This document shows, piece by piece, positions 24,453-33,192 of a stretch of DNA of 64,000 nucleotides. The stretch comes from Elusimicrobiota bacterium (GTDB taxonomy: Bacteria > Elusimicrobiota > Elusimicrobia > UBA1565 > UBA9628). Every line of letters starts with the position of its first letter. The first letter of the stretch is position 1. Below the pieces are notes generated by a model that worked only from the letters and a program-made list of their open reading frames with translations, made no database searches and was not told the DNA's origin. Position numbers and translations under genes: made by a program. The DNA lies in NCBI GenBank assembly GCA_016212825.1, contig JACRDS010000013.1:31677-95676 (forward strand), read 5' to 3'.

Positions 24453-25052
24453 ATGGCCTTTAAGAACACCGTTGCACCCGCCGTCGCCGTGCCCGCCTCA
24501 GAGAAGAACGCCGAGCTCGATCGGGAAGCCGCCGCAATCCTCGTCGACAGCCTGATCGAGGGCGCCGAGGAAGCCGTCCGCCAGGACTCCCACAGGGAGT
24601 TCTACGCCGCCAACCACAGCAAGGCCCTGGTCATCGCCCTCGCGGCGCTCAAGGACCGCTGCGAGGCTGAGGATGCCGTGGCGCAGACCTACGTGGAGCT
24701 CCTCAAGGGCCGCACCAGGCCCGCATGCTTCTTCCACGCGCTCAGGTGCAACATCCTCGACCGCAAACGCCGGCTGCGCCGCGAACAGTCTCTGTTTGAG
24801 CCGGCCGACCTAGCCTTCGATTCCAGGAACGCGTCCGGCGAGGACCGGCTGGCCGGGGGTGACAGCGAGGAGTTCGCGGCCGAGCCGGCGTCCCCGCAGC
24901 CGGAAGACCAGGACCCCTTGGCGATACTGGTCCAACGGGAGGAAGCCGCCGCGCGCCTTGCCATGGTGGAGCGCGCCATGGCCGACCCCCGGTGGCGGTA
25001 CGTCAAAGGCCGGAAGTGGGCGCGGCCGCTCGTCGGCGATGTGCGGAAATGA
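24453..25052 (+). CDS. hypothetical protein with sigma-70 region-2-like segment
   Basis: EFYAANHSKALVIALAALKDRCEAEDAVAQTYVELLKG resembles ECF sigma region 2. No clear region 4. First gene of the co-directional T4SS gene train. Confidence 0.45.
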   Translation: MAFKNTVAPAVAVPASEKNAELDREAAAILVDSLIEGAEEAVRQDSHREFYAANHSKALVIALAALKDRCEAEDAVAQTYVELLKGRTRPACFFHALRCNILDRKRRLRREQSLFEPADLAFDSRNASGEDRLAGGDSEEFAAEPASPQPEDQDPLAILVQREEAAARLAMVERAMADPRWRYVKGRKWARPLVGDVRK

Positions 25053-25166
25053 CGGGCTCAAGCGAATATTGTGTGCAGGGTGACTTTGCGGGCAGCCCGG
25101 TCGCCAGTCGGTGAAAACTCGGGGAGCAAATCCCCACCTGCCCGACAGAACGCAGGAGGTGGAAGA

Positions 25167-25709
25167 ATGGACCAGTCGGCGACGCGGACGTGCGGAAAGC
25201 CGGACATCGGGGATGGGGCGGGAAGGAAGCCGCGCTTCCTCAAGGTGCGGTTCTACCTGCCGCACCAGGACATGGTCAGCCTGGAGGAGGAGCGCCTCAG
25301 GCTCATCAAGGAGGGCCACGACGTGAGCCTCAGCAGGCTCATCTCCGAGGCCATCCGGCATCACATCCAGACCGGCCGGCGCCAAGCGGCGGGCGGCGCG
25401 GCCCTGGCCGCGCTGCTGGCCTTCGGCCTGTTGGCGCCGGGCCTGGCCGGGGCCCAGTCCTACGGCTCGCAGATCACGCAGGCAGGCCAGGCGCTCTACT
25501 CCTGGATCCGCAGCATCGGGGCCGTCATCCTGGCCATCGGCATCTCGGGGGCGGGTTTCCAGATGGCGGTGGCGCATGACCGGGAGGCCATGAAGAAGTT
25601 CTTCTACGTCATCCTGGGTGGGCTCATCGTGTTCCTGGCCCCTTCGTTCGTCTCCCTCATCCAGGGCGTGGCCGGTTCCGCGCAGTCGCTCAACATGTCG
25701 GGGCAGTGA
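25167..25709 (+). CDS. VirB2/TrbC-type pilin with N-terminal ribbon-helix-helix-like extension
   Basis: AGGAGG SD precedes the ATG at 25167. Residues ~25-68 fit an RHH pattern (KVRFYLP...VSLSRLISEAIRHHI). These are followed by the signal sequence ALAALLAFGLLAPGLAGA and two hydrophobic helices separated by AHDREAMKK, the VirB2 topology. Confidence 0.6.
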   Translation: MDQSATRTCGKPDIGDGAGRKPRFLKVRFYLPHQDMVSLEEERLRLIKEGHDVSLSRLISEAIRHHIQTGRRQAAGGAALAALLAFGLLAPGLAGAQSYGSQITQAGQALYSWIRSIGAVILAIGISGAGFQMAVAHDREAMKKFFYVILGGLIVFLAPSFVSLIQGVAGSAQSLNMSGQ

Positions 25710-25978
25710 GCGGGATGAACACCTACAAGGCGCTCGACTACCACCTCAAGACCTTCGGCTTCTGGCCTGGGGACTTGATCGGCACGTTCCTGGGCTTCTG
25801 CGTGGTCCACTGGGTCTTCAACAGCTTCCTGCTGGACCTGGTGGTAGTCGGGCCCTTGCTTTTCGCGGCGTTCAAGACGAGGAAGCGCGCTCCCGCCTAT
25901 GTCGGGTCGCTGTGGCGCTTCGCCACCACGGCCCGGCGCTTCAGCGTGGGGCTGGGCAGGGAGGGCTGCGGCCGATGA
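25706..25978 (+). CDS. VirB3/TrbD-like small membrane protein
   Basis: About 90 aa with a two-helix hydrophobic core. Its stop overlaps the VirB4 start (ATGA). The call rests on position and size. Confidence 0.55.
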   Translation: MSGMNTYKALDYHLKTFGFWPGDLIGTFLGFCVVHWVFNSFLLDLVVVGPLLFAAFKTRKRAPAYVGSLWRFATTARRFSVGLGREGCGR

Positions 25979-28425
25979 TTCTGCCTACCTTGACGCGCGA
26001 CTTGTTCCAGACCCGGCGCGAGCCCTGCGCGCACAACCTGCTCAACCTGTGGGCTCTGGAGGACGGAGCCTTGGTCGGCGTGGACCTGCAATACACCAAG
26101 CTCTTCAGGCTCACCTGTCCGGACGCCCTCTTCGCAAGCGAAGCGGAGCTGGAGCAGCACGCGGTGGCCCTCGGCCGCCTCCTTGACGGCCTGCCCGAGA
26201 ACTGCACGGCCCAGCTCATCGTCAGGGTGCGCTGGGACGCGGGCAGCAAGATCGAGGAGTACGCCTCCTACGAGCGGCCGGAGGGGGACATGCTGCGCTT
26301 CATCGTGGGCGCGAGGGTGGATTTCCTGCGGAAACTGCCGTTCAAGCGAGTGGAGCACTTCCTGGCCCTGAGCACCTATGCGGAGAAGACGGACCTCATG
26401 AAGCTGGGCCTGCGGCCCCTGGCGCTCAAGGTCCCGGACCTGGGCCGCGAGCTGGCCGGCCTGCATGAGCGCAGGATAGAGGGGCTCAGGAAAGTCTGCG
26501 CCACCGCCTCGGCCGCATTGCGCGACGCCAAGGTCGCGGCTTTGCCGCTCTCCGAGGCTGAGTCTTTGGCCTTCCTCTACGGCCGCCTCAATCCGGCCTT
26601 GGCCCAGCACACCCCGCCTCCGCCCCTGCGCAAGTCCGCGACCTTGCGCAGCCAGCTGGCGCTCAACGCCTGGGACTGCGGCTTCGACACCTTGACCGTG
26701 GACGGCCACCACCACCGGGCGGTCAACCTGGTGGTCAGGCCGGGCGGGCTCGACGGCCGGGCCATGGCCGCCTTGGCGGACCAGGTGCCGGGAGACTTCG
26801 ACCTGGTCATCGCCGTGCACAGCCTCTCGCAGGAGAAGGCGCAGCGCGAGGTGGAGTGGAACTCCACCTCGGCCGCGGTCATTGGCGGGCTGAGCATGTT
26901 CACACGCTACCACGAGGCCGACCTCAAGTGCGAGGACGCGGACGCCCTGCTGGCCCATGTGAAGTCCTCCTGCCAGAAGCTCTACCTCATGAGCTGCCAC
27001 CTGGTCCTGCGCGACGTGGACTTGAAGGCCCTGACGCGCAGCACGGACCAGGCCATCCAGGCCCTGCGCCGGCTCGACGACGCGGTGGGGGTGGTGGACG
27101 ACATGAACCACCTGCCGCTCTTCCTGGCGTCCTTGCCCGGCCATTCCCATCTCAATCCCCGCGCGCACCTGGTCCACACCGAGGCCGCGGCGCGCTTCCT
27201 GACCATGAGTTCGGGCTGGGACGGCTGTCCATGGCCGCAGTTCATGACCCCGGGAGACGACGGCAAGGCCTTGGGCATAGACCTCTTCTCCCCGGAGCTG
27301 ACCGCCAAGCACTCCCTCATCCTGGGGGTGTCCGGTGAGGGTAAGAGCGTGCTGACCAACTCGCTGCTGACCAGCTTCTTCAGCGCGGACGAGAGCCACA
27401 ACGTCATCGTCATAGACGACGGCGGCTCCTACAGGCGTCTGTGCGGCCTCTTGGGCGGGCAGTACCTTGAGCCCACCTTGGACGGCACCTACGCCTTCAA
27501 CCCCTTCCTGGCCCGCGAGTACGCCTTCGACGAAGCCGGCCGGCTCGACGCGGACTTCCTCTCCTTCATGACCTTGCTGGTCCAGCTCATGGTGCACAAG
27601 GCCGACCTGAGCAACAACCAGAAGTCCATCATCCAAAGGTGCGTGCTGGCGGCATACGAGAGCGGCAAGAGCCGGACCCCCATTCTGGCCGACCTGCGCG
27701 AAGCCTTCAGGGCCTTCCGGGGCGACGAGGAGGATGAGGCCCTGGCCCGGAGCTTCTACAAGGATCTGGACCTCTGGACCGAGGGCACCTACGGCCGGCT
27801 GCTCAACCGGCCGGGGACCTTCGACGCGGCCTCGCGCTTCATCGTCTTCGACCTCAACAAGATGACGCAGGAGGACCTCAAGCCCGTGCTCCTGCTCATT
27901 ATCAAGAGCGTCATCCATCCCAAGCTGGCGGACAAGAGCCTGCGCAAGGTGATCGCCTTGGACGAGGTGTGGAAGTTCCTGCGCGAGAAGGCCGGGGCCG
28001 ACCTGGCGGCCGAGTGGTACAAGACCGGCCGGCGCTTCAACGCCGCGGTCATGGTGGTCACCCAGTCGGCAGAGGACCTGCTGGCCAGCAAGGCGGCGGA
28101 GGCCATCACTCATAACTCCACGGTGAAGTGGATCCTCAACCTGGGCGGGGGCTACGAGAAGCTGGCGGACCTCAAGCTCTCGGCCGAAGAGATCGAGGCG
28201 GTCAAAAGCCTGGGCAAGAACGTGGACCGCTCGCGCTTCCGCAAGGTGTTCCTGCGCTTCGGCGAGCGCAAGGCCGTGATCCGCAACCAGCTCTCACCCA
28301 CCGAGTACTGGCTCTACACCACGGACCCCAACGACGTGAACCGGGAGGCCGCCCTGCGCGAGGCCCACCCGGAGTGGGGCGCGGTGGAGCTCCTGCGCGC
28401 TCTGGCCGGAGGGGCCCGTGCTTAG
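25975..28425 (+). CDS. virB4: type IV secretion ATPase VirB4/TrbE family
   Basis: 816 aa. Walker A GVSGEGKS, Walker B VIALDEVWKF, VVTQS motif, conserved N-terminal VirB4 architecture. Confidence 0.9.
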   Translation: MILPTLTRDLFQTRREPCAHNLLNLWALEDGALVGVDLQYTKLFRLTCPDALFASEAELEQHAVALGRLLDGLPENCTAQLIVRVRWDAGSKIEEYASYERPEGDMLRFIVGARVDFLRKLPFKRVEHFLALSTYAEKTDLMKLGLRPLALKVPDLGRELAGLHERRIEGLRKVCATASAALRDAKVAALPLSEAESLAFLYGRLNPALAQHTPPPPLRKSATLRSQLALNAWDCGFDTLTVDGHHHRAVNLVVRPGGLDGRAMAALADQVPGDFDLVIAVHSLSQEKAQREVEWNSTSAAVIGGLSMFTRYHEADLKCEDADALLAHVKSSCQKLYLMSCHLVLRDVDLKALTRSTDQAIQALRRLDDAVGVVDDMNHLPLFLASLPGHSHLNPRAHLVHTEAAARFLTMSSGWDGCPWPQFMTPGDDGKALGIDLFSPELTAKHSLILGVSGEGKSVLTNSLLTSFFSADESHNVIVIDDGGSYRRLCGLLGGQYLEPTLDGTYAFNPFLAREYAFDEAGRLDADFLSFMTLLVQLMVHKADLSNNQKSIIQRCVLAAYESGKSRTPILADLREAFRAFRGDEEDEALARSFYKDLDLWTEGTYGRLLNRPGTFDAASRFIVFDLNKMTQEDLKPVLLLIIKSVIHPKLADKSLRKVIALDEVWKFLREKAGADLAAEWYKTGRRFNAAVMVVTQSAEDLLASKAAEAITHNSTVKWILNLGGGYEKLADLKLSAEEIEAVKSLGKNVDRSRFRKVFLRFGERKAVIRNQLSPTEYWLYTTDPNDVNREAALREAHPEWGAVELLRALAGGARA

Positions 28426-29272
28426 GCCGCTCGCCCTGGTCCTGTTCCTGGCCGCGCCGGCCCGGCCCGCGGTCATGATCGTCAACGACCCGGTCCAGAC
28501 CTCGATCCAGAAGGTGAACCTGTCGGTTCAGACCCTGCACACCAAGTTCATGAAGCTGCAGATGGTGCAGGACGCCATCACGCTCAAGAACAACTACCTG
28601 GCGGCCAAGCGCTTCTACGACAATATCGAGGCCAAGAGCAGGCACCGCGGCGGGCTCATGGGCTACTACGCGGACTATGCCAAGGAGCAGTTCAAGGCCA
28701 TGGCCGAGCAGGAGTGGGCGCGGCTCTACGCGGAGGGCACCAGCCAGACCGGGCCTGCGGCTGTCGAGGACCTCATCAACGGGGTCTTCGGCGCGGTCAA
28801 CCAGAAGGTGGGAGGGGTCATAGACTCGGCCGAGGGCGCGGTGGCCGAGGGCATGGCGGTCCCGGACCGGGGTTACGCCAACGTGCGCCACTCCCTTTTC
28901 TCCCAGCAGAAGCGCCAGACCGAGGCCGTGGACAAGATGGTCGCGTCTTCGGAGAAAGGCGCCGCAGCCACCAACAAGCAAATACAGGACCTGGTCCGGC
29001 GCGGCTCCGCGGCACAGATAGACGACAAGGCCAGCGACAGCATCCAGATGCAGGCGGCCATACTGCAGGTCCAGCTCCTCTCCCAGATACGCCAGCTCCT
29101 CAACCTCAACGCCCAAATCAACAATTTCCAGGCCAAGCAGGGCATGGCCGAGGAGGCGGTGGGCATGGCCACTGCCAACGACCTGGCCGAGTACCGGGCC
29201 CAGGCGGCCAAGAGCAGGCGCTCGGCCGCGGCGTCGCGGAGCCGGCTCGCAACAGTCCTCGGGAGGCCATAA
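28418..29272 (+). CDS. secreted coiled-coil protein, TrbJ/VirB5-like
   Basis: Signal peptide, then IVNDPVQTSIQKVNLSVQTL..MKLQMVQD, which resembles the TrbJ N-terminus. Position after VirB4. Confidence 0.5.
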   Translation: MLRPLALVLFLAAPARPAVMIVNDPVQTSIQKVNLSVQTLHTKFMKLQMVQDAITLKNNYLAAKRFYDNIEAKSRHRGGLMGYYADYAKEQFKAMAEQEWARLYAEGTSQTGPAAVEDLINGVFGAVNQKVGGVIDSAEGAVAEGMAVPDRGYANVRHSLFSQQKRQTEAVDKMVASSEKGAAATNKQIQDLVRRGSAAQIDDKASDSIQMQAAILQVQLLSQIRQLLNLNAQINNFQAKQGMAEEAVGMATANDLAEYRAQAAKSRRSAAASRSRLATVLGRP

Positions 29273-29273
29273 C

Positions 29274-30266
29274 ATGGATGTCTCATTCCTCGGCAAGGCG
29301 GCCACGCCCTACAACGACCTGGCCATCCCTGAGGTGATGGGCTCGGTCATGCTCATCACTCGGAGCATCGGTCTGGCGCTTTTCAGCCTGTTCTTCTTCG
29401 CCGAGGCCCTGCGCCTGCAGGCGGCCGGAGTTGAGAACGCCTGGGACAGGCAGGCGGCCAGGCCCAGGTGGCTGAGCTTCCTGTGGCGCTCGGCGGTGGT
29501 CTTTCTCTCTTCGGTTTTCCTCTACAAGTGGGCGTTCCTGCAGATGGTGTCCCTGTGCGACAACATCGCCATGGCCATCTCCGACGAGGAGAGCTGGATG
29601 CGGCTCCTGAGCTCCCTGTCCCAGGGCGGGGCCACCAGCGTCAGCCTGCTCAACGTGACCGTGCCCACGCTCCTGAGCGCAGCCGCCATGTCCCTGCTGC
29701 AGATCGTGGAGGACGTGCTCATCATGATCCGCTTCGTGATGCTCTCGCTGCTCTTCATCGTGGGGCCCATCGTCTGGTCCTTCGGCATCTCGGAGCTGGG
29801 CCTGGGCGCGGTCAAGGGCTGGTTCAAGAACACCTGGCAGGTCTCTTTCTGGCTGGTGGCCTTCTCGGCCATCAAGGCATCCATCGTTCCCCTGGGCATA
29901 AGCGCCTTCCAGGACGGGGCGGCCAGCGGGGCCGTGCTGGCCATGGTCTACGCGGTCGTCATCGTCCTGTGCATCCTGCTCGTCCCGGCCATTACGGCCG
30001 CGCTGTTCTCCCAGGCCAACATTGACGCGGTAGGCGGCGCTGTGACCAGCTCCATCGTCTCCTACACGGCCCTGCGCAGCACGGTGGCCGCGGGCGGGGC
30101 GGCGCACCGGGGCATCGTCGGCGCCGCAGCTTTCGGCTCGGCAGTCAAGAGCGCCTACCAGGCGGATGGGGTCAAGGGTGTGCTGAAGACCTTGGTCTCG
30201 TCCAAACCGGCAGCCTTGGGCTGGAGCGCTTCCGCGGGCGGCTCCAGCAAGGAGCGGACCAGGTAG
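29274..30266 (+). CDS. polytopic membrane protein, VirB6/TrbL-like
   Basis: 330 aa with multiple TM helices in the gene-order position of VirB6/TrbL. Confidence 0.55.
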   Translation: MDVSFLGKAATPYNDLAIPEVMGSVMLITRSIGLALFSLFFFAEALRLQAAGVENAWDRQAARPRWLSFLWRSAVVFLSSVFLYKWAFLQMVSLCDNIAMAISDEESWMRLLSSLSQGGATSVSLLNVTVPTLLSAAAMSLLQIVEDVLIMIRFVMLSLLFIVGPIVWSFGISELGLGAVKGWFKNTWQVSFWLVAFSAIKASIVPLGISAFQDGAASGAVLAMVYAVVIVLCILLVPAITAALFSQANIDAVGGAVTSSIVSYTALRSTVAAGGAAHRGIVGAAAFGSAVKSAYQADGVKGVLKTLVSSKPAALGWSASAGGSSKERTR

Positions 30267-30268
30267 CC

Positions 30269-30940
30269 ATGTTCTCCGCTATCAAGGCCAGGCTGCAGGC
30301 AGCCGCGGCCGCCAAGAGGGAGCGCGGGGAGCCTCGGTTCTTCGAGGTGTTCGGCGACGCGGTCTCCGAGACCTTGTTCCTGCGCAACCTGGCCATCGTG
30401 CTGGGAGGCGCCAGCCTGGTGCTGTGCATGGCCCTCCTGCGCCTCTGCGTCCGGCCGCCCCTGGTCATCCGGGTAAGCGACCTGGGCGAGCCGATGCCAA
30501 TCACGGATGCGCGCCGCGCCGCCTATGTGACCGCCCCCGAGGTGCGCAACTTCGCGGAGCACTTCACGCGCAACCTGCTGGCCTGGGACCTCTACACCTT
30601 CGTGGACGACATAGACCGCGCCCTGGCCATGATGGCCCCGGAGGCCGCGGCCAAGATGAAGAGCCGCCTCGACGGGCTCAACACGACCTCCGCCATCCGG
30701 GAGAACTCGCTGCGCACCACCGTGGCCATCACCGAGATCGAGGTTGAGAAGGACACCCCGGATGTGGTGCGCGTCAAGGTCCGGGGAACGCGGACCGCGG
30801 CGAGCTACGAGAAAAAGGATTACCACAAGGAGACCTCGTTCGAGGATACGCTGGTGGCGAACAAGGTCGCCCGGACGGCCAAGACGCCATGGGGTTTGCT
30901 GGTCGTGGAGTGGACGGAAGCCATATACGAGGAGCGATAG
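30269..30940 (+). CDS. bitopic protein, VirB8/TrbF-like
   Basis: A single N-terminal TM helix followed by ~150 aa with an NTF2-like alpha+beta pattern. The gene order is consistent. Confidence 0.5.
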   Translation: MFSAIKARLQAAAAAKRERGEPRFFEVFGDAVSETLFLRNLAIVLGGASLVLCMALLRLCVRPPLVIRVSDLGEPMPITDARRAAYVTAPEVRNFAEHFTRNLLAWDLYTFVDDIDRALAMMAPEAAAKMKSRLDGLNTTSAIRENSLRTTVAITEIEVEKDTPDVVRVKVRGTRTAASYEKKDYHKETSFEDTLVANKVARTAKTPWGLLVVEWTEAIYEER

Positions 30941-32347
30941 ATGACCAAGAGAATCATATCGTCGATAGGGGCGGCCCTGCTGGCCGCGACGTTGGCGACC
31001 GCCTCCTACGCGGTCCAGTTGCAGACCATGTTGCAGGGCTACCTTACGGACTCGAGCGGCACGCCCTATACCGGTCCCCAGGCCGCTGAGTTCAAAGTCT
31101 ACCAAGGCGGCAGTCCGGCCGCCGCAGGCTCCGGAATCTTGGTCTACGATGAGACCGCCACCGTCCTTCCCGCGGCCAGCGGAGTCTTCAACTACATGCT
31201 GGGCAGCGGGACGCCGGTCGCGCCCGTGCTCCTGGTGGGCAGCCAGGCCATCCCCAACGCGCTGTCCACCGCCACCTTCGACACCGCTCAATCGGTCTAT
31301 GTCGAGATCGCCGTGGGTGGGACGGTCCTGCTGCCGAGACTCCAGCTCGTGGGGATGCCCTTCGCGGCCGTGGCGGGGGTGGCGGAGAGCCTCAAGCCGG
31401 GCGTCCGCTTGCCCGCGGAGAACCTCCTGCCAGGCCCGCTGACCGTGACTTCCGGGACCTTCAGCGCGGCTGGAGCCGAGCAGTACAGCCTGAGGACCTC
31501 GTCGGGCATCGAGGTCGGCGGCGGCGGCGTCAAGGCGGCTTTCTTCGCCGGCTCGTTCCACGGCGACGGCGCGGGGCTCAGCGGCGTCAGCGCGTCGTCG
31601 GTCCCGGCGGGCAGCGTGACGCCCGGCATACTCGGCGCCGGAGTGCTCCTGCCCGCAGGGAGCATCCTTCCCGGTCCCGTGGCAGTGACCTCCGGCACAT
31701 TCTCGGCGAGCGGCCCCACGCAGTTCAGCATCCAGACCTCATCCGGCATCAGCGTGGGCGGAGGGGGAGGCGTCAGCGCGGCATTCTTCAGCGGCGCATT
31801 TTACGGCAACGGCGCTGGGCTGACCGGCGTCGGCGGAGTCGCGCCCGTCGGCTCCATCACGGCCTTCGCGGGCCAGAGCGAGCCTTCCGGGTGGGTGGAA
31901 TGCGACGGCCGGTCCCTTCCCCAGAGCGGCTCTGCTGCCGCGTCCTGGGGCTCGTTCAACACGGCTGCGCTTTTCGCCGTCATCGGCACGGTCTGGGGCT
32001 CGCAGGGCGCCGGGCAGTTCAACATCCCCGACCTGCGCGGTATCTTCCCGCGCGGCTGGAACCACGGCAAGTCCTCCGGCCTGTACGATCCTGACGCGGG
32101 CTCACGCGTAAACCAGTACTCGAGCGGCGCCACGGGAGACGCCATCGGCTCCTATCAGACGGATGACTTCAGGTCGCATACACACTCGGGGTTTGCAGCC
32201 AGCGGTTTGCAGGCTCAAAATGGCGGACCCTGGGCGGGTTCCGGCGGGGTCGGAGGCTCGACCGGAGCCCCGAATTCCGGCATGGCGCACGGCAACGAGA
32301 CCCGCGCCAAGAACGCCTCGGTCATGTACATCCTGAGGGTCCAGTGA
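30941..32347 (+). CDS. secreted protein with internal tandem repeats and C-terminal phage tail-collar domain
   Basis: Signal peptide. Two ~55-aa repeats (LPGP.(T/A)VTSGTFSA.G...GGGG(V)..AFF.G.F.G(D/N)GAGL(S/T)GV). The C-terminus ITAFAGQSEPSGWVECDGRSL...ALFAVIGTVWG...FNIPDLRGIFPRG matches the tail-collar (Collar/MdpB) pattern. Confidence 0.75.
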   Translation: MTKRIISSIGAALLAATLATASYAVQLQTMLQGYLTDSSGTPYTGPQAAEFKVYQGGSPAAAGSGILVYDETATVLPAASGVFNYMLGSGTPVAPVLLVGSQAIPNALSTATFDTAQSVYVEIAVGGTVLLPRLQLVGMPFAAVAGVAESLKPGVRLPAENLLPGPLTVTSGTFSAAGAEQYSLRTSSGIEVGGGGVKAAFFAGSFHGDGAGLSGVSASSVPAGSVTPGILGAGVLLPAGSILPGPVAVTSGTFSASGPTQFSIQTSSGISVGGGGGVSAAFFSGAFYGNGAGLTGVGGVAPVGSITAFAGQSEPSGWVECDGRSLPQSGSAAASWGSFNTAALFAVIGTVWGSQGAGQFNIPDLRGIFPRGWNHGKSSGLYDPDAGSRVNQYSSGATGDAIGSYQTDDFRSHTHSGFAASGLQAQNGGPWAGSGGVGGSTGAPNSGMAHGNETRAKNASVMYILRVQ

Positions 32348-33192
32348 GCCTGATGTTCCTGCGGTCCTTCCTGCTCGGCCTGGGCATGCTGGTCTTGAAG
32401 GGCGCTGCCAATGCCAACATGTGTGCCCTTCCCCAGTTGGGCGCGGCCGGCGCTGGGACGCTCTCCGGCAGTGCCAAGTCGGCGGTGGTCACGGCTGGCC
32501 TGGCCGCGGGTGTGGCGGTCGCGCCGGGCATGGTGCTCTCCATCGGCCTGCAGTCTGTGTCGCAGGGGTCCTTCGCCTGCTTTTTGTCCACGGATGCGCC
32601 TCTCGCCGTGGCAGCCTTGCCCGGCACGTATTCGGTCCAACGCCTGGTGCCCAGCCCAGGCCGCACCATGACCCTGCAATGGAGCGAGGCTGCCGGCCTC
32701 CTGCCCGTCACCTACGAGGTATTCCTGGGGGAGTCTCCCTCCGCTCTGGCCAGCGTCGCCCGGGGCCTGGCAGCGCCGAGCCACACCCTCTCCAGCCTGG
32801 AGTTCATGCGTCCCTACTACTGGCGCGTCATGGCCTCGGACCAGTTCGGGCGGTACTCACAGAGCGGGATCTACTCCTTCTCCATAGCCCCGGCCCAGGA
32901 TCGCATGATAGCGGCGCCCAACCCGTTCCACCCGGGCAAAGTCGGCATCACCTTCATGTGGCTCATGCCCGGTCCGGGCTGGGCCGAGCTCGAGGTGTTC
33001 GCCTTGCCTGAGGCGCGTCGGGTCTTCAGGACCCGGCTGGAAGGCCTGCAGGACGGAGTCAACACCTTTCTCTACGACGGCCGGGATAGCGACGGTCGGC
33101 TGCTCTCCAACGGAATCTACACAGTCCGAATGAGGATGAAGGGAGCCAATGGCAACAAGACAGAGCTTCTCAAGATTATCGGCGTGCGTTAG
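32344..33192 (+). CDS. secreted FN3-like protein with FlgD-Ig/T9SS-type C-terminal domain
   Basis: Signal peptide, an FN3-like block (TLQWSE..PVTYEVFLGES...YYWRVMA), and a C-terminal APNPFHPG...LEVFAL...NGIYTVRM...LKIIGVR CTD pattern. Confidence 0.6.
   Translation: MSLMFLRSFLLGLGMLVLKGAANANMCALPQLGAAGAGTLSGSAKSAVVTAGLAAGVAVAPGMVLSIGLQSVSQGSFACFLSTDAPLAVAALPGTYSVQRLVPSPGRTMTLQWSEAAGLLPVTYEVFLGESPSALASVARGLAAPSHTLSSLEFMRPYYWRVMASDQFGRYSQSGIYSFSIAPAQDRMIAAPNPFHPGKVGITFMWLMPGPGWAELEVFALPEARRVFRTRLEGLQDGVNTFLYDGRDSDGRLLSNGIYTVRMRMKGANGNKTELLKIIGVR

Noticed and set aside
25071-25166. Longer pilin ORF starting at 25071
   Set aside because: The upstream codons lack any SD, whereas AGGAGGTGGAAGA immediately precedes the ATG at 25167.
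30941-32347. Tail-collar gene as evidence of a prophage
   Set aside because: No capsid, portal, terminase, baseplate or lysis genes lie anywhere nearby. The gene is embedded, with overlapping stops and starts, in the T4SS operon.
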